The position numbers and the translations under genes are program-made. This document shows, piece after piece, positions 26,390 to 39,059 of a stretch of 64,000 bases of DNA. Source of the stretch: Enoplolaimus lenunculus (Eukaryota); the NCBI GenBank assembly GCA_030248215.1, contig JASANG010003752.1:434001-498000 (forward strand). The letters are read 5' to 3'. The notes beneath the pieces were generated by a model, which was not told the DNA's origin, did not search any database, and saw only the letters and a list, made by a program, of their open reading frames with translations. How positions within the stretch are numbered: the first letter of the stretch is position 1; every line of letters begins with the position of its first letter.

Positions 26390-27005
26390 TTAATGTATAC
26401 AACAAGGCCGTACAGTAGTATAAGCATATTCCTCAGTCTATGCCTAAGCCTAAGCGAAAAAATTAGTCTAAAGCTTAAGCCTACTCTATTTAAGCCATGT
26501 ATTCGAAGATTGAAATTTCTCAAAACGTTTTCAAAGTATAGAGGCCTAAATTGAAATTTCTCAAAACGTTTTCAAAGTGGAGGCCTAAGCCTAAACCTAA
26601 GCGTACGAATGAGCTTACACGTAAGCCTAAACGAAAAAAATTAGTCTAACGCTTAAGCTTACTCTAAATATAGTTATGTATTCGTAGATTGAAATTTCTC
26701 AAATTGTTTTCAATGTTTAAAGACCTAAGCCTAAGCCTAAGCGTAGGAACGAGTTTTACCTAAGATTAAGTGAAAAAATATTAATCTAACGTTTAAGCTT
26801 GCTCTAAATATAATTATGCATTTGTAGAATGAAATTTCTCAAAATGTTTTAAAAGCGTAGAAGCGTAAGGCTAAACCTAGGCGTAAGAATGAGCTTACAC
26901 CTAAGCCTACGCGAAAAAACTAGTATAAAGCTTAAGCTTACTTTGTTTAAAGTTATGTATTCGTAGATTAAAATTTCTCAATTTGTTTTTAAAGTGTAGA
27001 GACCA
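26390..27005 (+). repeat. ~139-bp tandem array derived from the TTAGGC-MITE core
   Basis: The motif atgtattcgtagattgaaatttctc recurs at ~26497, 26676, 26816 and 26955. The intervening units carry gcctaagcctaa...aagcttaagcttactct. Confidence 0.8.
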
Positions 27006-27610
27006 TATGGTCGTCTATTTTTTCATGTAAATCTTCAACGTATTTTTGATATGCATTACAAAAAGCGCCAGATTTTAGGCCGTGTTCGTCATCTTAACCA
27101 ATCATGTCAAAACCAGATGTTCTGTAAAGAATACCTAGCGGTATATACATTTCATTTATTCGATTCTCTCTGAACCAACCGCTCTGTGTAACGTAATCAA
27201 GATTTCATTTCACGAAAAAATAATTGCCTGCCCTCCACGTTTGGAATTTTAATTTTTTTACTGGGACATAAATTTCTAATAAAGTATTTAACTATTTTTT
27301 TGGAGCTTTTAGCATAAGAATCGCATAATGCGGGGGTTTGAGGGAGGCAACCCGAATCCTGCTTTATTAGGATCCCTTAAAATCACAGGGGTTTAAGTGG
27401 TGCGGTAGCCTAACAAAATTATTTATATGCTATAAACAATCGCGTAGGCAGCGGGTTTCAGGTGTCAACGTGACCCTTTTGGGCTTAGAAGTTTATATCC
27501 GGCTGACCAAAATACCTACACGTGAAAATTTTGCCTGCGGCTCTATTTACATTACACCTATATATTTCTGACATTTTGCGACAATGACTCCTTACCAGTT
27601 CAAAAACTGT

Positions 27611-29950
27611 AGCCACAACTCATAGGTATGACAAACAAAAATTAAACCTAAACTAACTTCATTTCTGTTGAACTTAGCTAAAAAAATTTTAGTTTTCAAA
27701 AGTCTCATCATCGGTGAGAAAATCTGAGAAGATTTAATTCAATTACCTTATTATTCCCTTTATTATTGTCAAAAAATATTTATATGTATTCCAGTGGAAA
27801 ATTTCACTATATTTTCGTAAAAGACAATGGAACCCAGATCATCTGAAGCGCTTTATTTTAGCAGACAAGCTGTCTCGAATGCACATGCAACCAAAGTAGT
27901 TTCCAATCTTAACATTGATAATAATGATAACAGTAAACAACATTTCAGATTTCAACTAAAAAGTTTTAGAATAAAATCTAAATATGATTAAAATTATACA
28001 ACTGATGATGTCACAATGTTTTTTGTTTTTTTCTGCGATAAGCAATTACTGCTTGGCTGACCAATAGTCTTAGCCTACCGGTTAGCGGCCGGTGGGTAAC
28101 ACTAATGACCACACGCACTCGTGGACGTCTTTTGTTTTACACTGACCGCTCCACTAGAGGATCCGGGGTTAGTTCTCAACCTATATATAATACACGCCTT
28201 GGACCCTCAGTTTTAAAACTGTGGCTGCGCCTTCGAACCAAAAAAGTGAACATAAGTCAAATATCAACCAAATTCTTACACAATTAATCTAAAACTTTCT
28301 AAGTACTTTACCTGAACTCATTTTCAGAAACTAATTTCGTAAACTTGAATAAAATAACGGTATTTGCAATTTGTATTCAACGCAAACTAATTGTCTAAAA
28401 TTACAACCGAGGCGTGTTGTCACCGAGTCTACCCGCCCGCTGCGCTAATAACTAAAATATTGAAAATGAATCTAAAATTGCAAAGAATACAAAAACATGC
28501 GCTACTGATGAGAAAATTTTGTTGACAGTAAAGTGTGCAAGTTGCGGTTAAACTCAGTTGGCGTTCGTAAACAAAGTTTTGACATTTTAGAACTCACAAC
28601 CTCGCGGAAAACTACACAATATTGCCAAGTTTACAAATGTGATTAAATAAATTATAATTTCTTGTGGACGCTTGCATTTAGTACAAATACGGTTTTTTTT
28701 TCTACAACAACTAATATTAAATGTCTGTTAAACTGAACTAAAAAACACCCGCATGGCACTTTTTCGACGTTTTATATGAGTTTTGTTTTTGTTCAACCTC
28801 AAAAACTAACTATTTTAACGAAATAATTACAACTTGTGTCACGCAAGGATTCGATTCGTATCCAGGGTACAACCGGAGCTCTGCATCCGGTTCCAGTTGA
28901 AAATCGACCTTCGCCTCCAGCTGCGGTATAATTTTTGCCGGAAGTTCCTGCATAAGCAAAAAATTATTCTAAAGCTTAATCTTGCTCCGTTAGAGTCCCA
29001 CAGAAACCTGTATATAGGTGAAAATTTTTAACCGCAAAACATATCGCTTTAGTGTAATTTAGTTGTAAGCAATTAACTTGCTAAAGCTAGATTCATATAT
29101 AATGTGAAGTTTTTGTAACGAGAACTTGCAACTGCGACTTCTATGTGTGCCTTTGTAGCCTAAACTAGTACCTGTGCCTGCCTTCCACTGGACAATCTAG
29201 GGTTTGGATCCTTCCTTTAAATTTAGATATAGGACCCTATGAAGCAATAAGCATGGTAATGAAGCGGAAAAAAGCGACTGGAAACGAAACAAAATGTCGC
29301 AGACATTAAAATTTTGAAAATGAATTCCATTATAATCAAATTAAATAAGATTGGAAGCGACATTATGCAAAATGTGCGGTTACTGAGGGTCGCAAAAACT
29401 GGAGTGTTGATGTTTTACAAATTTGTTATCGTTGTTCTTTCATAGCCGGCCAGCCAGTAAATTTGTCATAACTGATAAACTAAAAACATTGTGACATCAT
29501 TAATTTACTCACCATAAACCTGGACGCCCCTAAAAGTAACAAGGACCGTAATCACTATAGCCAATGTTAAGTTTGAATCACTAGTTAAAACTACTTTGGT
29601 TGCTGTTGTATTCTCGACAGCTCGTGATGAGATAAAGCGCTTTGGATGATCTGGGTTCAATTGCTTTTTATAAAAATATATACCGCAAAAAATAGTGAGT
29701 CAAACTGACTATCTCCGAAATAGGCTCTATGGGAGTACACAAACTGAGTCAAATTCGAAACCGCCAAAGTCAAATTCGATTAAACATTTTTTGACAATAC
29801 AGAGAATACGATAATGTAAAGCGATTAAATCGTCTTAGATTTTCTCACTGATCAATGAGGACATCAAAATTTAATATTTTATAGCTAGGTTCCACATAAA
29901 TGAAGTTTTAGGTTTAAGTTTTGTTTGATGTGATAGCTACGATTGTGCCA
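27611..29950. mobile_element. Old foldback/long-TIR element with ~420-bp diverged arms
   Basis: 27611-28025 is the diverged reverse complement of ~29482-29950. Examples: gaacccagatcatctgaagcgctttat vs ataaagcgctttggatgatctgggttc, and gcaaccaaagtagttt vs aaactactttggttgc. The right arm is interrupted by MITE fragments. Confidence 0.75.
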
Positions 29951-30120
29951 ACCGCCGGAACCGTAGTATAAGCATATTCCTAAGCTTAAGCCCAAGACTA
30001 AGCCTAAGCGTTCGGATGAGCCTATTCCTAAAAGCTTAGCAAAAAAGTTAGTGTAAACCTTTAAGCTGACTCTATTAGAACCCCGCAGGAGAACGTTCCA
30101 CCCTGTTCTATACATTCGCC
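29950..30120 (+). mobile_element. TTAGGC-core MITE copy
   Basis: agtataagcatattcctaagcttaagccc...aacgttccaccctgttctatacattcgcc. A further copy lies at 31433-31562. Confidence 0.75.
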
Positions 30121-30576
30121 GATATAGCTTCTAGAAACGCACCGATAAATACCATTTATAAAAATGCTTAATAATTTTTAAAATTTGCATATTGGCCGGC
30201 TGGCCGGTCAAACCTCCCGCCGGCCAATAGAAAAAGTGGTAACTGCACAATATATACTAGCACAGTTCCCCCAAGACATTAGAGTTTTAGCTGAACCCGA
30301 ACTTCAAGCTTATCTCGATTTTTATACACCAAGTGCGTTTCATCTTAGAGCTTCGCGTTAAACGCTAGGAATTGAATCCACCAAAAGCAAAAATATTTAT
30401 GCGGGAAAGGCTCAAAAAATTTACTTGTTCCATTAACATTAACAGTGTTCATAACATATATAAAAAGCTCTACAAAACCGGAACGCAAGCGTTTTTATTT
30501 ACACAAACCATTTGTATAGGACGACACAAAAGAAATTATTTTGAGACCGCTAAACAGTTCCCTGATACTACGTTTT

Positions 30577-31250
30577 GTGGGGTTCACGTTATAACTGGGG
30601 CAGCTTGGAACACGTTTTGTCCAAGTTGATTCAACGTCAACTTAAAATTTTATGGTCCGAATAGCGGTTATGTAGACAAAATGTGAATGTCACATGACTG
30701 ACTTACAAATCACTGATCTCAAGCGATCATCGTATACAAATAGCAATTTGTCATATGATACTGCAAGACATTTATGCGAATATCATATGATATTCCGAAA
30801 TTCTACTAAATATCATATGATATTGTGCAAGACAATGGAATTTGTGCGCGCTAAAACAGTAAAAAGTCAGATATATAATGCAGCATTAAATGATTTCGAA
30901 AGTTGAATTCGCTTCTACGTTTTTGTTTCTCGCTGTATTTTTCCCAAAATATATTCCTCAACACTGATATTTCAAATTTCAAATTTTACTATCATGACAT
31001 TCTATAGGACAATCAAACTAGTTTACCACAACTTTGCCGACATTTTCAAACATATGATATGATACTCGCAGACAATATTTGGAATATCATATGATATTGC
31101 AGGACAAACACTAGATGTCACATCAGGTTAGCAGACAATTCAAATTTTTTGAATCTCATAGCGGATAAGCGGTCAGACAAAATGTTACCAGCTATAGTCA
31201 TAGGGAAAAATCGTGTTCCAGGCTGCCCCAGTTATAACGTGAACCCCGCA
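30577..31250. mobile_element. MITE with ~45-bp TIRs
   Basis: TIRs gtggggttcacgttataactggggcagcttggaacacg and cgtgttccaggctgccccagttataacgtgaaccccgc, with internal atatcatatgatat palindromes. No clear TSD. Confidence 0.8.
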
Positions 31251-33590
31251 AGAAACAAAACGAATTTTGGCGAGTAACCCTTGCCACACTAGCGTTCATC
31301 ACTTGTTCAGCCTCAAGATTTTTACTCACAAGAAAATATGGTGTATAACAGTCAAATTTATAAACACCAAAACACGTTTAAACCAGGATCTTACGGCGCA
31401 AATGAACCTAGGGATCTATTCGTACTTGTTTAAACCAATGTATAGAACAGGGACGTAACAGTGGTATAAGCATAAGACTAAGCTAACAATTAGCCTAAAG
31501 CTTAACGGCACTCTATTACAGTCCCACAGAAAAACGTTCCACCCCTGATCTTTATATGGACCCTTATTTTGAGCAGAGCAAAAAAAATGAACTTTAAATT
31601 ATAACAGGACACCGGCATGATTTCTAAAGTTGGGGCACAAACATAAACAAAAAGTGCAGTGCCAACTTTAATTCGTTTACTCCTGGAAACAAAAAACTGA
31701 CAAAGCCGAGAAACGAAACAGTACCAATGCAATAAAAGAAGAAACCATTTTATGTGGGCATAATTTTGTCCAAAAAACTACTAAACTTACGCAGAGACAA
31801 CTTGATTTTGCATTCCCATAAGCTGGGAAGTTAAACGTTTGAAGAAAAATGACCAAAGACTCTTCTAAGTCACGAATGACAACTATTATAATTACATACA
31901 GTCCTAATTGGTTAGACTACAATTCAAATTACATTCCACATATCGAAAAACGTATTTAAAATGTATAATCATCACGGCCGATGTTAACTATAGGGACTTG
32001 CTTATTAAGCCTAAGCCTAAACCTACGCTTCCCAGACTCTGAGCCCCTTATATCCACGGTCTCCCAGTGCGCAAGCCTCTATAATTAGCATGGAACACCA
32101 TCATAATAAAGGCGAACAAAATACGATCTATACAATAAAATACAATCCCATAAATTAGCTTTACAAAACCAAATCATTTTGACGTTCAATTTTGACAACC
32201 GAGTGCAATTCGCTGTATTTGAGTTAAGCGATACTCATCCCACGTCGCTACGTGGTATTTTGCCTCCCCGCCATGAGATTTTGTCCCACCCAGAATATTT
32301 TGGCTCTATTTTATTGGAAAACAACTACAGCAGTTTGGAAGCCAATGTTTCTGATTAAAATGTTTACAGATTCTAAATATTCACATAAAACAACAAGATA
32401 TTATTTGTTTTCTACTCATTATATTTACCACACGGAATAACTGGATATGTTTCAATGTTAAACACATGTTATTTTTTCACAGGGTCGTCCCGTTTTCCAC
32501 GGAACTGCAATAGAATACATCTGTGCTTTAACATAATTTCTTAAATTGGTCTAGGCTAGCTTATTATTTTTTTTATACTTATCCATACGCTCAAGCTTAG
32601 GCTTAGAAATAAGTTTGCATGCTTAGCATACTGTTCACGGCCGCAAAAGCAAAGTTGGCCATTATTTACACAAGCGTCCAATGCCCATATTTTCAAATAG
32701 TTATAGCACCCATCACCAGTTAGTTATAGGTTTTAAAACTGCTGAACACCTGCAGTTAGGCATCTGAATGATTACGCAGCAGTAGGGTATGTCAAGTTTG
32801 AATAACGTGTTAAATTTCGACGCTCACTATCTGCATGTATGAAACATACAAACCTATCACAAACTAGTTGTGGTGGGTCTTGATGTTAGGGTGTCAAAAT
32901 ATCAAAATACCATGGCAGCAAAATACCACGGGGGTACTGCAACAGCATACCTTATGGAGGCAAAATATCCTACGATACCGGTACCCAAAGAACACCAGAA
33001 AATTGACTCTTAAAACGGAGCCGTTATATCATTAACGATTATTCAGTAAGTGAATAACTCTGCCTGATGAAACGAATTATGGTCGGAAGGAAACCGCGGC
33101 CTTCTACCTCCCGCTTCATTTCTCCTTGGTGCTATGTATGCAAGTACCTAAACTCAAAGGCATGAATATCGAAAATTACCCACAAACCATGAAAAACGTA
33201 CGCATTAACCTGCATTTATTTCTTACTACAACATACAACGGAAGGTATAATTTCACATCATAATATTCAAAATTACGAAATCCATCGCTAGAGTTACAGT
33301 ACGGACATAATTAAGTGCGCAGTAATCGTGACTGTCTGTCGTCGCTGTTTTATAATCGCGGTTGCATTTTCTTTGCTCGTTTCCAGCCGCGTTTAGAGAC
33401 GCGATTGCATTCGCGGTTCAAACCACAGTGGTAACCGCGTTTGCAAGACAAGTAACCGTAAATTTAAAACTAACAATCGCGACTGTAGCCGCGGTTACAC
33501 TTGTAGTAATCGGGAACACGATCGACATGGCACTAAATTTTTTGTCCGTGACTGTACATGCGGATTTATTTTTAAAAGTTGCAACTCTAC

Positions 33591-36500
33591 TCACTGCTTA
33601 CGAAATCCTTTCAAGATTGGATAAATGTTGTGAAATGCGTCGTTGATATTTTGCTTATCTTTTGCTCCAGTAATGACAACTTTCCCAGACACAAAAATCA
33701 ACAATACAACACGTGGTTTGACCATTCGATAAATGAGACCCGGGAACAACTCCGGTTCGTATTGTGCGAACTGTGAATGAGTGAGACACAAACTTTCAAG
33801 TTGAATTGGAAATTTTACATCAACAGATCCAACCATATTTTGAATCTAAAAGCAATACTGAATACACTAAAACTATTAATACAGCAAAATCATGAAATTC
33901 TCGGAGTACTTCATAAACCTGTGCCAATAATTCTTAAATGTATGTAGTACCTATAACCAGTCGATGATAGGTGTTATAACTTTCGAACCAGAGAATAGTA
34001 CGATCCGAAATTTTGCTCATTTCTTGCGCTTGATTTCCGTGGCCTGTATACAACTTTCAAAGCTGATACCGAATCTAAATGACCTAAAACTAACAATAAA
34101 ATAGCATGCAGCCAAAGATGCAACTCAGTCTACATACGTATCGCATAAGTGGAAAACAAACAATACAATCTTACTTTAAATTCCATGAACCTCGCCTCAA
34201 ACCCAAGCCGTTGAATGATACGCGCGTATTTTCGAGCAGCAAGACGAGATAACTCTTCGGATTTCGCTCCAGTACAAACCATTCTGCCTATAACAATAAG
34301 ATAAGTAACTATGAATAAATACACGCGTTATCTATAACCATAAACAGCTGTGAACAGGCTAACGAGTTAGAGATGCCCTCATCCACTACCTGCCAAGATA
34401 GAAGCTGAACTGAAGCGAAATGTGGAGGGGAGAACAGTAAGCGTTGTGCTATACTCGCCGCGCGCCTGCGCCGGCGCACGCCGGCACAGTAGAGTATAGC
34501 GCAACCCTAAATCCGTTATAATTAAAATGCCATTTTTCTGCGCCCTACGCTCTTCACTTGATAGATATCTAGCGTACATAAACGCAAAAAATTTCCGGTG
34601 CAAGTACGCTGCACCCACTTGCAATACGCGCCGTTAAATTTTGCGTGAATATGCGTACTTTGCAAATCTGCAAACTGTAAACTTTTTTGTTCTTGCAGGC
34701 GGGGCAGTGGAAAAAACTGCGGAATCAACTTGAAGAAAGGGTCGGATTAGGGAAACTCACGTTTAAGCTACATTCTCCCCGCTAGTAAAGCCTTAGTAAT
34801 AGACAGCGTTACTGAAACCAACCATAAGCAAATTGCTAGCACGGTTAGAGTTTAACTGCACACTTACCTGATGAAAAGATTAGTGCTGTTGTACGTGGCT
34901 CCCGAATTCGCATAATTACAGCAGCAAAACGTTTTGGATTGTATTCTGCGTTTCGCGCGTGCAACGCAATCTTTTTCAAGTCCAATTTGCAACCTTCAAT
35001 TATTTATACTATTATTTATATAAACCCATTGCATAAAAGCTAGTGATTGTGAATATGGGCAGGGCAGAGTATAATGCAGGCCAGCGAGGTTGCGGCCTCA
35101 TGACCCGCGATTCCTAGAGACCTGTGATAACTAAGACAAAGCATTCATAAAACATCATTGAAACTTAAGATTATAATATAAAGTTTCCCATAAAACGGGA
35201 AAGCAAATTGGCCTCAGGACCCGGTTAGGTCACGATTCACATCTGATTATAAGCACCACATCGGATTGCGATGAAGCTCTGCTGCAATAGCAAATTTTCA
35301 ATCTCTAAAGGCAATTTTACTGATATAACATACTTGCCTATATAAAATAGCAGAGGGAACCTAGGTGATTGCAACTGCAATCTCTTGCAATGTACGTATC
35401 GGCGAACATGATTGTATATCTATTTCACTTCATCGTTAATTATCTGACAGCTCAAAAATTCTTCAACATTGTAAAACTTGTTAGATATACACACGAGGAT
35501 TAACGCCTCTTATATTATCTCTATTATAACAAGTAGTATTATTTTTTGTGAAAATATTTTTGGTACAATTTATAATTATTAATACTACATGTATTTTGTT
35601 TATAAGACACCCTACATAGAACGCCACATATTTTAGCTTACGGTCAGGGATCGACCGGATATACGGTTCCATCTAATTATTCTGCAAAACATTGACATCC
35701 GTATCCAGTCCCGGTACCCTGTATAAACCTACCGGAACCGGATATTTGCGGTTATGGTTCCAAATATCATAAAACTGTTTTTACATGTAGAAATACTAGT
35801 TATTTCGTAGCGACTGCAATTCCGCGCACTCAACCGTCGACACAAACACGGAATGAAGCATCCAAGTCAACAATTAATCATAGATATTTTTGCAACGACT
35901 GAAATGCTTCCAACAGTGCAAAAATTTGTCCTATGTCCGGCTAACATCCGGCACCAAATTTATTGTCCGGCTCCAGTCGCGGTATCTGGTAAAATTTATA
36001 TCCGGTCGATCTCTGCTTACTGTTTTCACATTCCAAATAATAAAAAGTTTAAAGAACGATATTTTCGCTCTAAAAATATTCCAACAGTGCAAAAATTTGT
36101 CCTATATCTCCGGCTAACATCCGGCGCGGGTCCGGCACCAAATTTATTGTCCGACTCCAGTCGCGGTATCTGGTAAAATTTATATCCGGTCGATCTCTGC
36201 TTACTGTTTTCACATTCCAAATAATCAAAAGAAAGAACGATATTTTCGCTCTAAAAATACATTTCCAGTGTCAGCTTATCAACGAATAGCGGACGTACCT
36301 AGGTTTACCGTCGAAACAATATTTTGGAGCGAAGGTACTGGAATATTGTCAATTGCTGGCGTTGCTGGAACTACAGCAGGGATGTTCGAGCTCGGATTTG
36401 TAACCGACGGAACCCCAGAATGAGACTGTATAGCAGAGCCGGTTACGTTGCTTGATGACGTCGATTGAACGACTCCAGAGCTAATCAATGGTGTGGCAGG

Positions 36501-37594
36501 TGGAAACAAAGGTGCAACCTAAATAACAATAAGCATAACACAAACACTGGGCTCTTGTACATAGGCGTAGAAAGGGTTTTGGAAAGGGGTTACGGTGAAT
36601 CAAAATCTCACAGGGGAGTTCTTGTGTCACAAACGAACACTGCGTTTAAAAACCCCTGTACAGAATTCCCAAGGGTTGTTCAACTCCTATTTTCACTGGC
36701 AACGTTCTTGTACACCTTCCCCCACAACTAGACTTAGGCTAAGGTTAAGGGAAAGATTTACCTATGACTAAGCATAACCCTAAACCTTAACCGAAGTGCT
36801 GTGATGTACAAAGCCCCATATATTCTTAGTGTTAGGCGTTTTCAAAATACCAGAGTCAAAGTTTCAAAAATATCAATTCAAAGTTTAAAAAATTACAACT
36901 TCGATTCTGGCTCAAGCATAGTTTCAGTTTAAAAATTGCAACTAAGAAAAAATAAGAAAAAATTAACGAGTCCGAAGTAAGCATTGAAAAATCACAAAAT
37001 CGTGCACAAGTTTTACAAGACCAGTTTCCTGTATGTCCACTTAAACAACAACCATTAGAGGTTTGCCGTAAGTACTACTTCTACACGTATATGGAAGTAA
37101 AGAAGGCTACTTTCATGTCCAATGTCACTTTTTAGACGTACGTACCGATTTTCTGTGCGACTCGAATACAGTAGGCTTATGGTTTTTGACTAATTTTTTG
37201 CAGACTTAAGCGCTGAACACGCCTGTCATACTGCGACACCATAAATAAATAACATTCACCATTTAAATTATACCGACTATCTATGAACAACTACGACAAA
37301 AAACATAGCATTCACCTTAGGTGGTGTTACATCCGATGCGCTGTTACTCGACAATGTCAATTGTGACGTTTGAACAACAGCACCTGAAGTATGCGGCACC
37401 GATGGTATAGCAAATCCGTCAATGCTTCGAATTGAAACTCCAGGTGCCGGCGACAAACCAAGCGCGTCATCGCAAATACCAATTTGATTCGTTTGCGATG
37501 CCAAACCCATTCTTCGAGGGTCGATAGTGGTCGCAGAGGCCCCGGTCACGCCAGAGCTTCCGCTCATTGAAAATGACATATTGTTATTATCCAT
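33591..37594 (-). CDS. TBP: TATA-box binding protein (330 aa, 5 coding exons)
   Basis: Exons 37316-37594, 36299-36518, 34868-34993, 34175-34287 and 33591-33845 total 993 nt, all GT-AG and in phase. They encode [64 protein letters not shown]...[39 protein letters not shown], the canonical TBP double repeat with all four DNA-intercalating Phe residues. Confidence 0.97.
34441..34507. mobile_element. 67-bp Tourist/PIF-Harbinger-like MITE in TBP intron 3
   Basis: TIRs GCGTTGTGCTATACTC and GAGTATAGCGCAACCC flanked by TAA...TAA. Related ends occur at ~48580 and ~58820. Confidence 0.75.
35908..36259. repeat. ~171-181-bp tandem duplication in TBP intron 2
   Basis: ttccaacagtgcaaaaatttgtccta...gatattttcgctctaaaaata occurs at 35908 and at 36079, near-identical apart from small indels. 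Confidence 0.9.
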
Positions 37595-37622
37595 TTAATA
37601 TATAGCCTCAGATCAATTTCGA

Positions 37623-37628
37623 CTGAAA
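37623..37628 (-). promoter_or_regulatory. TTTCAG splice (cis or SL trans-splice) acceptor 28 nt upstream of the TBP ATG
   Basis: The minus strand reads AAAGTTTCAG|TCGAAATT...ATTAAATGG. Confidence 0.5.
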
Positions 37629-37636
37629 CTTTACTG

Positions 37637-37938
37637 CTCATGTTAACTAGAAGGGCCTGATCGGCTACACCTAAGCGTAAACCTAAACATACGCTTAAGC
37701 ATATTAGCCTCGCCAATGTAAAGATCAGAGGCGGAAAGTTTTTCTGTGGGACTGTAAAAGAGTAAAGCGTAAACTTTAGACTATTTTTGCTAAGGGTTAG
37801 GTTAAGTGTAAAGGTCATTCTTACGATTAGGCATATGCTTTACACTACTGTACGGCCTGTTCCATACATTGGCCGCAGTGCCTGACTTCTAATCCCCTTG
37901 CGCTTCTTAGAGAGAGGGATATATAATTAACATGGGCC
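37637..37938. mobile_element. Nested TTAGGC-core MITEs immediately upstream of TBP
   Basis: Inner copy ~37711-37874 (gccaatgtaaagatcagaggcggaa...catacattggcc) lies inside an outer variant (catgttaacta...tataattaacatgggcc). Confidence 0.65.
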
Positions 37939-39059
37939 CGTCCGAGTTCGACCCCTGATAGGGCGAGGTTCGTATGAGAATAGCGGTACTGAACTCAACG
38001 CGAAGTGTAAAAGAAGTCAAACATATATTTTATGCATCTGGTTGAACAAATTCGCTTGCGAACAAAATGGAGGCTCGCTTCTGTAGGAAATTATAAAATA
38101 TTCCTCCTTAGAGAGACAAGCATATTGACAAGGGAAATCAGCGTATATACTATATCAAAGTGGAGCTTTTGTGCCTGACCCAAAGACCTTGACTTGTGCA
38201 CATTTGAAATTCGGTAACAAACAGGTTATCTAGTTTTTGCTAATCTGCGGTAGCAGTCCGAACTTACTGTTTTAAACGCTAAATAAGTTTCAACTTTATC
38301 CGCTCGGCGAGATCTTTAGTGCTTGATAAATGTAACAACATTTGACATAAAATTTATTCACAATAATCAAAGTCAGTAACAAAAACACTATATTATCAAA
38401 ACTAAATTAGCACGAGTAAAATGACAATACTCATTTTTCAAATCGCGCTTGACATCTTTAACCTTTATGTTAAATTGGCCATACATGGGCCAAAATTTTG
38501 AACACCATAAACAATGCAAAGGATAGTAAGGGCAAGATTTGAAATTTACACTTAATCTGGCGGTTCTTTATAATCCCCATCAGTTGTTTATAGTTAGCCC
38601 AAAATTCTATAATACTGAATGAAACCCTTTAAGTTGCTTAAACATTGACATAGTCTCATATTTTACCATTTTGTTATTTTTTCTCATTCTATTGTATTTG
38701 AGCATAACAACTTTATCAAATCATGATTTGTTTCAATATGCTGAATCATGTCACCGTCGCAAATTGATGCATTCTGAGATAGAATGACCTAAAAAGTAAC
38801 TATAACGAATCCGTCATCTAACGATTTAAATTCATATTACACAGTTCATTGCAGAACAACATACATATAAACTTTGTTTCAAGTTGCAAAGGTGAGCAAA
38901 ATATAAACACAATCACGATTTAAACTTTCAAACAAACCTGTGAACAAAAATCAAAGCAGGAATGTTATACCAAGACCCGGATAATATGAACACATATAGA
39001 GCGGCAATGGATCTTTGTTATACACTACTACAGCACAGTGTGATCACATTTTGAATCAC

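Noticed and set aside
18254..33360. Numerous 60-110-aa ORFs in the 18-33 kb interval
   Set aside because: They overlap MITEs and repeats (e.g. LSLSLSL from GCCTAA), lack recognisable domains and form no phase-consistent exon chain.
33591..37594. TRF2/TLF paralogue instead of TBP
   Set aside because: All four TATA-intercalating Phe residues and the [16 protein letters not shown] motif are canonical TBP.
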